DNA of 34,244 nucleotides from an uncultured Methanosarcinales archaeon (GTDB lineage: Archaea; Nanobdellota; Nanobdellia; Woesearchaeales; JABMPP01): contig CAZSAD010000017.1 of the NCBI GenBank assembly GCA_964604995.1, forward strand, positions 1 through 34,244. The letters run 5' to 3'. The position numbers and the translations under genes are program-made. Shown here one piece after another: positions 27,970 through 34,244 of this stretch (the first letter of the stretch is position 1; every line of letters begins with the position of its first letter). Below the pieces are notes generated by a model that saw nothing but the letters and a program-made list of their open reading frames with translations, was not told the origin of the DNA and did not search any database.

Positions 27970-29358
27970 ATGGGAAAAATAAGCCCAGTTTCAGCAAAAT
28001 ATATTGTCCATTCAACAATTGAAATTGATGGAATAGTAGAAAAACCTGATGTGATTGGTGCAATATTTGGCCAAACTGAAGGTCTACTTGGTGCAGATTT
28101 AGAATTAAGAGAATTGCAAAGAAGTGGAAGAATAGGAAGAATTGAAGTTAATTCTGATACAAGAGGAGGAAAAACACAAGGACAAATTGTGATTCCTTCA
28201 AGTTTAGATAAAGCAGAAACTGCAATTGTTGCAGCAGCTTTGGAAATAATCCAAAGAATAGGTCCTTGTAATGCTAAGATAAAAGTTGATAAAATTGAAG
28301 ATGTCAGAGTTAGCAAAAGAAAATTCGTAATTGAAAGAGCCAAAGAGCTTCTAAAGAATTTAATGGATAATTCTTTGCCAGATTCGCAAGAATTAGCTGA
28401 TGAAGTAGCATATTCCGTTAGAGTAATGGAAGCAACTGAATATGGTAAAGAAAGGTTGCCAGCTGGACCAATGATTGAAGATTCTGATGAAATTATTGTT
28501 GTGGAAGGAAGAGCAGATATTATAAACATGCTAAAACATGGTTTTAAAAATTGCATTGCAATAAATGGTACATCTGTTCCAGAAACAATAGTTGAACTTA
28601 GTAAAAGAAAAACAGTAACTGCATTTGTTGATGGAGATAGAGGCGGAGATTTGATCTTAAAAGAGCTTGTCAATATTGCAGAAATTGATTATGTGACAAA
28701 AGCTCCAAGCGGAATGGAAGTTGAAGAAATTTCAAAGAAAGAAATCCATAAAGCACTAAGAAGCAGAATAGCTGTTGAACAAATCAAGATGGAACTAGCA
28801 AAAGAGCAGCCAAGAATAATGAATCAGGCTTATCAGCAAGCTGGTGGTATGGAAGATGAAGCTCCACAAAGAAAAGACTATAGAAATGAGCGCAATGACA
28901 AGGACCATAGCAAGGAAGTCCCAAATCACTCTATGAGAAATAATGATAGACGAGATAATAGGGATAGTGATAGAAGACCACCAAGAGGTCCACCTGTGCT
29001 TAAAAGCTCAAGTCAAAGTGCTCCACCTACATTCCAAAAAAGACCTGCTCAGAAAATGAATGCTGAAGCTAAGAAAAATCTAAAAGAAATGGTTGAAGAT
29101 TTAATTGGGACAAGAGGAGCCTATATTCTAGATGAAAAATTAAACATTCTAGGAAAAGTGCCATTTACTGAACTAGCATCAACTCTAAAAAGTTTAAATG
29201 CTGGTGTGTATGCAATTGTATTTGATGGTGCAATAGATAAAACACTTGTACAAATTGCAGAAAGGTTAAATGTAAGTTTCTTAATAGGAATGGAAAATCA
29301 AGTTAAACCAAATGAAACTAGAATAGAACTTATGACCATATCTGATTTGGAACAATAA
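27970..29358 (+). CDS. dnaG: Archaeal DnaG (TOPRIM primase-like protein)
   Basis: [47 protein letters not shown] and FVDGDRGG; long charged low-complexity linker before the C-terminal domain. Confidence 0.95.
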   Translation: MGKISPVSAKYIVHSTIEIDGIVEKPDVIGAIFGQTEGLLGADLELRELQRSGRIGRIEVNSDTRGGKTQGQIVIPSSLDKAETAIVAAALEIIQRIGPCNAKIKVDKIEDVRVSKRKFVIERAKELLKNLMDNSLPDSQELADEVAYSVRVMEATEYGKERLPAGPMIEDSDEIIVVEGRADIINMLKHGFKNCIAINGTSVPETIVELSKRKTVTAFVDGDRGGDLILKELVNIAEIDYVTKAPSGMEVEEISKKEIHKALRSRIAVEQIKMELAKEQPRIMNQAYQQAGGMEDEAPQRKDYRNERNDKDHSKEVPNHSMRNNDRRDNRDSDRRPPRGPPVLKSSSQSAPPTFQKRPAQKMNAEAKKNLKEMVEDLIGTRGAYILDEKLNILGKVPFTELASTLKSLNAGVYAIVFDGAIDKTLVQIAERLNVSFLIGMENQVKPNETRIELMTISDLEQ

Positions 29359-29460
29359 AAAACAAATCTTATTTTTTTATTTTATTCTTTTATTTTTATC
29401 TTATATTTTACATTATAAATTTTAATAAGATTATTAAACACATAAAATATTTAGCTAATT

Positions 29461-30001
29461 ATGATAACTACTTTAATATTGGACTGGGGGGGAGTATTTA
29501 CAATTGGAAGATTTGGTTTTTCAGTTGTTGATAAAATTGAAAGTGCCTTTAATTTTGAAGATAGAATTTTGTAATGAATTAAATGAAAAGTATCAATTAA
29601 ATATTACTAAAGAAAAAATAGAAGAAATTTTTGAAAAATCAATTAAACCAAACAATGAAATGATTGAATTATTAGAACATCTCCATAAAAAATACCGATT
29701 GATTATGTTATCAAACAATCATCCTCCAACAATTGATATAATTAAATTTAAGCATAAACATCTCACCAAATTCTTCGATAAAATTTATTTTTCTGCAGAG
29801 CTAAAAATGAAAAAACCAAATAAAGAATTTTTTTTGCATATGATTAAAGATGCAAAATTAAATCCAAGTGAATGTATATTTGTTGACGATAAAGAACAAA
29901 ATGTTAAAGCAGGAATTGAACTTGGAATAAAAGGTATTGTATTCAAAAATGTAGAACAATTCAAAAAAGAATTGCATGATATAGAAAATAATAACAAGTA
30001 A
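29461..30001 (+). pseudogene. HAD-superfamily phosphatase, frameshifted (or assembly error)
   Basis: ATG 29461 frame encodes motif I (LILDWGGV) but stops at 29572-29574. Motifs II-IV (LSNN, KKP, IFVDD...NV..G..LG) are in the 29504-30001 frame. Confidence 0.75.
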
Positions 30002-30079
30002 ATTCTAAAAAATTATTTATAAAAATTAAAAGAAAAATAAAATAGAAAAAATAAATTATAATAAAAATATTAAATAAAT

Positions 30080-31147
30080 TTAGCAACCACTTATTTCTTT
30101 AAGTTGTGCTTCATTTCTAAGGCCCTTGTAAAGCTTGCCATCTATTGACCATGTTGGATAAGCTTCAATGCCTAAATCTTTGCATTCTTGTTTTAAAAAC
30201 CCATCACTATCACTGCATTCAACAAATAAAATTTTACTTGCTTCTTCATTGAAAATTGCAAGCTGCTTTTCACAAAATACACAAGATTGTGATCCAAACA
30301 AAGCTGCATTTTTATTATTTAAGCATTCAGCTAAAGATTGCTTATTTTCAGGTTCTAAAGTAACATTAACTATTATACCTGAATCCGAAGAAGTAGATGA
30401 TTCAGTGTTATCATCAGTCTTATTGTCGATATTATTTGTTTCATCTAACTTTTCAATTACTTTTACAGTTTCTTCTACCTGCTTTGTTCCAAAAAATATT
30501 TGTATATTAGATTCACTTTTAGTTTTATTGATATATTCTTCAAATGCTGCTTTTTGCTTTTGTAATTCTACATATTTTTTAACTTGCATAAAAGTTTCAT
30601 TATTTAATTCAACTCCGTCAAAGTTTACCTTTGCATAGTCTTCAATTTCAGCATCAGTAACTACAACAGTGTTAACAATATAATCTTGTAGAAATTTAGA
30701 GATTATTAATTGATTTTCAATTTCATTTTTCAACTCTTCCAATGTAATTTTTTCTTCTGCTAAAACGACTTCCAATGTTTTATCCTCTGGCAATTGAGTT
30801 TTTATCTGGTCTAACATAACCAAAACTTCATCATCCGTTACAACAACTTGATTTTTTAATGCTTGTTGTAATAAAAGTTTTCTGTCTACCATTTGAGATA
30901 ACAAATCATTTTTTGAAAAAACAGTTTGCATCTCTTTTGGAACCCTGTCATATTGAGCATCAAGTTCTTGCATTGAAATAGCCTCACCATTTACACTAGC
31001 TGCAAGATCTTTATTTTCTAAAACTTTTTTTTGATAAGTATTGTTATAATATATCGCTACTGCAATTACAAGAAATAAAACAATCATTACGATTATAAAT
31101 TTAGTATTGCTTTTATTTGAATTCTTATTTTTTGACTTTTTGGCCAT
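30080..31147 (-). CDS. Membrane-anchored SurA-N chaperone domain fused to a thioredoxin-like CxxC domain
   Basis: N-terminal TM helix; AASVNGEAISMQEL...LLSQMVDRKLLLQQA; C-terminal LAECL...FGSQSCVFCEKQ...VEC...C...IEAYPTW; GGAGG SD before ATG 31147. Confidence 0.8.
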   Translation of the reverse strand: MAKKSKNKNSNKSNTKFIIVMIVLFLVIAVAIYYNNTYQKKVLENKDLAASVNGEAISMQELDAQYDRVPKEMQTVFSKNDLLSQMVDRKLLLQQALKNQVVVTDDEVLVMLDQIKTQLPEDKTLEVVLAEEKITLEELKNEIENQLIISKFLQDYIVNTVVVTDAEIEDYAKVNFDGVELNNETFMQVKKYVELQKQKAAFEEYINKTKSESNIQIFFGTKQVEETVKVIEKLDETNNIDNKTDDNTESSTSSDSGIIVNVTLEPENKQSLAECLNNKNAALFGSQSCVFCEKQLAIFNEEASKILFVECSDSDGFLKQECKDLGIEAYPTWSIDGKLYKGLRNEAQLKEISGC

Positions 31148-31481
31148 TTTTCCCTCCACTTGAATATTTTGTTTGTAATAATGTAAAATATTAAATTTAA
31201 GATTTTAAACATAATTAAAATAATAAAATGGTTACTATTATAAGATGATACTTACATTTACCTCTTTTATAGTAGAAAAGGTATAATTTATTAATAAACT
31301 TTACGGTAATTTGTTATTTTTTATTTTCTTCAATTTTTTAATTGAATTGTTTGATTAATTTAAATTTGAAAATGTTTTTATAAAGAATTTTTAATTAAAT
31401 AAATAGGTTTCAACTAAATTTTTGAATTAATTCAACTTTTTTAGCACAAGATATTTATATGCGAATAACAGATTTTTAATT

Positions 31482-32795
31482 ATGTACGACATTGTAATTG
31501 GTAGATCAGAAGAAGATAAGCAAAAACTAGGTACAAAAGGAGCTATTTTTCTAGGAAAACATTATATTAAAATGGGCCAGACAACTTCACTTTCTAATAA
31601 AATATATATGGACGTTGCAAGAAGTCATGTTGTTTTTGTCTGTGGTAAACGTGGAGGAGGCAAGAGCTACACCATGGGAGTAATAGCTGAAGAAGTTGCC
31701 AATCTTCCAGATGAAGTTGCTAAAAATCTTAGTGTGATTATGTTAGATACTATGGGAGTTTATTGGACAATGAAATATGGAAATTACCAAGATAAAGATT
31801 TATTAGATGAATGGGGACTTAAACCAAAGGGATTAAATGTACAAATATTTACTCCAATTGGATATTATAAAAAATATAAAGATGAAGGAATCCCAACAGA
31901 CTTTGCATTTGCAATAAAACCTTCTGAACTAGGTCCAGATGATTGGTGCACAACTTTTGAAATAAAATTAACTGAGCCAATGGGAGTCTTAATTGAAAGA
32001 ATAATAACTTCTTTAAAATCAAAAAAAGATTCCTATTCAATGAAAGAAATAATTGATGAAGTACAAAAAGATGAACGCTCAGAAAAGCATACTAAAGATG
32101 CTGTTGAAAATAGATTTTTATCTGCAGATGAATGGGGAGTTTTCGACGAAAAAGGAACTACTTTGAAAGATATGGCTCAAGGAGGAAAAGTTAGTGTATT
32201 AGATGTTAGCTGCTATGCAACAATGTCTTCTGGTTGGAAAATAAAAGCACTGGTAATAGGGCTTGTTGCACAAAAATTATTTGTAGAAAGAATGGCCCAA
32301 AGAAAAGAAGAAGAATTTGAAGATGTGAAAAAATCTGAAAGTTATTTTTCAAGACCTGAAGAAAAAATACAAATGCCACTTGTTTGGCTAATTGTAGATG
32401 AAGCGCATGAATTTTTGCCATCTGTTGGTGAAACAGTTGCAAGCTTTCCACTAATTACAATATTAAGAGAAGGAAGACAACCAGGCATTTCATTAATTTT
32501 AGCAAGCCAACAACCAGGAAAAATACATTCGGATGTTATGACCCAATCAGATATTGTAATTGCACATAGAATTACTGCAAAAATTGATACTGATGCTTTA
32601 GGTACATTAATGCAAAGTTACATGAGGGAAGGTTTAACAGAACAGTTGGATAATTTACCAAGAACAAAAGGTTCAGCTATTATATTTGATGACAATAATG
32701 AAAGAATGTATCCAATGAGAATGAGACCAAGAATAACATGGCACGGTGGTGGAAGTCCAACTGCTATCAAACAAGATGGCAAATTTGAATTCTAA
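31482..32795 (+). CDS. Stand-alone HerA/FtsK-like ATPase (DUF87-type)
   Basis: HVVFVCGKRGGGKSYT, LDTMG, LIVDEAH, REGRQPG, ASQQP; lacks the long N-terminal HAS barrel seen in the herA at 811-2388. Confidence 0.85.
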   Translation: MYDIVIGRSEEDKQKLGTKGAIFLGKHYIKMGQTTSLSNKIYMDVARSHVVFVCGKRGGGKSYTMGVIAEEVANLPDEVAKNLSVIMLDTMGVYWTMKYGNYQDKDLLDEWGLKPKGLNVQIFTPIGYYKKYKDEGIPTDFAFAIKPSELGPDDWCTTFEIKLTEPMGVLIERIITSLKSKKDSYSMKEIIDEVQKDERSEKHTKDAVENRFLSADEWGVFDEKGTTLKDMAQGGKVSVLDVSCYATMSSGWKIKALVIGLVAQKLFVERMAQRKEEEFEDVKKSESYFSRPEEKIQMPLVWLIVDEAHEFLPSVGETVASFPLITILREGRQPGISLILASQQPGKIHSDVMTQSDIVIAHRITAKIDTDALGTLMQSYMREGLTEQLDNLPRTKGSAIIFDDNNERMYPMRMRPRITWHGGGSPTAIKQDGKFEF

Positions 32796-32854
32796 AAAAT
32801 AATAAAAAATTGAATGTAACAAATATTAGTTAAGCGTAAGAATTATTATTTGAA

Positions 32855-34219
32855 TTAATCTGAAATTAATATTGGTTTTATTTTTCCATTTCTATCTGAA
32901 AAAAGATTTTTAGTCATATTTGTAGCAAGACTCATTCCTTCTGAAAGTTTCATTTCTTTTTTTGATAGCAATTCTTTTATTATGTTATTTATGTCACCAC
33001 TTTCAAATACAATTTCATATGTTTTTTCTATGAAACCTCCAGGATCTAGTCTTGGAGAATAAGAGGAAATTAATTTAAGAAGTTTAAGTGACGATAAACC
33101 TTCGACTGTTTCTTTTATTTTATCCAGTGACTCACTAATTTTTTCTTCAGGATCTTGCTTTTTTGATTCTGCGATATATTGTCCAAATTTAAAATTTCTA
33201 CTTTCCCTACTATGAGGAGTAAATAAAAAATCTGAGTGTATAGATGGCTCGAGATAAACCATAAGAGGATTCCCTCCAAATTTTGAAATTAAAGGAAAAG
33301 AATTAAGAACCATACTATTGATTAATTGGACCCTTATACTATCATTATCGTATCGTAAAAATCCCGTTTTATCTTTATGTCCAGCAAGTATTCCAGAATC
33401 AATTGCTATTGTAGATTTTACTATTGTTGCTGCAAGTGCAGTGTTCAGATAAGGTGAAGAGTAAATTGTGTAGTTAGTTGAACTTAAGTATTCACAAACT
33501 TCATTTGCAATTTGTCTTTTAGATTTTAAAGAAGTATTAAGTGAATTGCTTTTTGTTGCTGGAAAAAGACCAGATCTTTGTGGATAACCTTTTAAAATAT
33601 CAGATGCGATGTTAAGGCCATCTAAGAAAAATTTAACAACTCCTTTACCTGCAAAATATTTTTCAAGGTCGTGATAAACAGTAGAAACTTCAATTCCATT
33701 AGAAGTATTTTCATAATTGGCACCTTTTGTTCCAGTTATAACTATATCTCCAGGGTGCACATATCCGTTTAATAAATTACATATTTGAGGATGATGTTCT
33801 GATGACACCCCAATGATTATAATATTTCTTTTTCTAACATTTGATTCATCAAATTTGTTATTATTTTCTTCATTGAATAATTCATCTAAAGAAGCGTGTA
33901 AATAATTTTCATTTTTTGGACCATAAAATTTAATCCTATCTTTTATAAATGAATTTCCGAAATCATAATGTGCAATTTTTGATTGAGTAGTTTCTAATTT
34001 TGAATGTTTAAGTTCATCAAAAGATATTTCTCCAGAATGCAATGCTTTTAGTTTTTCCAATTTGTTTGGATTGTGAGTCCACATTAATATTTTTCTATCC
34101 AAAGATTTCTCATCAAGACTTATTCTTGGATCAATTAAACTTGCAGCTAAGCTTTGATTAAATGCACCAGCTCCGATCATAATTATATTATAATTTGAGT
34201 TTTCTTGTGGATTATACAT
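32855..34219 (-). CDS. Divergent NAD(P)H-dependent glycerol-3-phosphate dehydrogenase (GpsA-like)
   Basis: IGAGAF Rossmann motif, TKG, DGLNIA (cf. SGPNFA), VKSTIAI (cf. LKNVIAI), SDFLFT...SRNFKFG (cf. GDL..T...SRN...G), TVEG; AGGTGA SD. Confidence 0.7.
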   Translation of the reverse strand: MYNPQENSNYNIIMIGAGAFNQSLAASLIDPRISLDEKSLDRKILMWTHNPNKLEKLKALHSGEISFDELKHSKLETTQSKIAHYDFGNSFIKDRIKFYGPKNENYLHASLDELFNEENNNKFDESNVRKRNIIIIGVSSEHHPQICNLLNGYVHPGDIVITGTKGANYENTSNGIEVSTVYHDLEKYFAGKGVVKFFLDGLNIASDILKGYPQRSGLFPATKSNSLNTSLKSKRQIANEVCEYLSSTNYTIYSSPYLNTALAATIVKSTIAIDSGILAGHKDKTGFLRYDNDSIRVQLINSMVLNSFPLISKFGGNPLMVYLEPSIHSDFLFTPHSRESRNFKFGQYIAESKKQDPEEKISESLDKIKETVEGLSSLKLLKLISSYSPRLDPGGFIEKTYEIVFESGDINNIIKELLSKKEMKLSEGMSLATNMTKNLFSDRNGKIKPILISD

Positions 34220-34244
34220 TTGTTCACCTAGTTGTTGAAATGTT

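Noticed and set aside
27846..28673. 275-aa antisense ORF
   Set aside because: Shadow of dnaG on the opposite strand, S/I/L-rich with no motifs. The same applies to the other antisense ORFs inside mre11, herA, ftsZ, ychF, gatE, cdc48 and the SurA gene.

Overview
AT-rich archaeal genomic window, most consistent with a DPANN (Woesearchaeota-like) metagenome-assembled genome. Evidence: archaeal gatDE, cdc48, dnaG, herA-mre11, an intron-containing tRNA, BRE/TATA promoters, GGAGGTGA SD sites and a 10-N assembly gap. The taxonomy is inference. Protein content is mostly housekeeping (mre11, herA, ftsZ, ychF, adk, truD, gatD/gatE, prs, cdc48, tatD, dnaG) plus a PIN/HTH pair, a glycoside hydrolase/glycosyltransferase pair, a second HerA-like ATPase and a divergent bacterial-type GpsA. 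The most unusual signals are non-coding or below the ORF cut-off. (1) The same ~50-nt double-hairpin element, with compensatory changes, abuts G1 of both tRNA genes. (2) A GC-rich multi-stem RNA candidate lies between truD and tRNA-Arg. (3) Long structured leaders precede dnaG and ftsZ. (4) A 28-aa Lys-rich/CxCxCxC microprotein has a perfect SD. (5) A 29-aa-repeat alpha-solenoid protein follows ftsZ. (6) A ~76-nt tandem hairpin repeat lies downstream of cdc48. All RNA structures were paired by eye and no searches were run.
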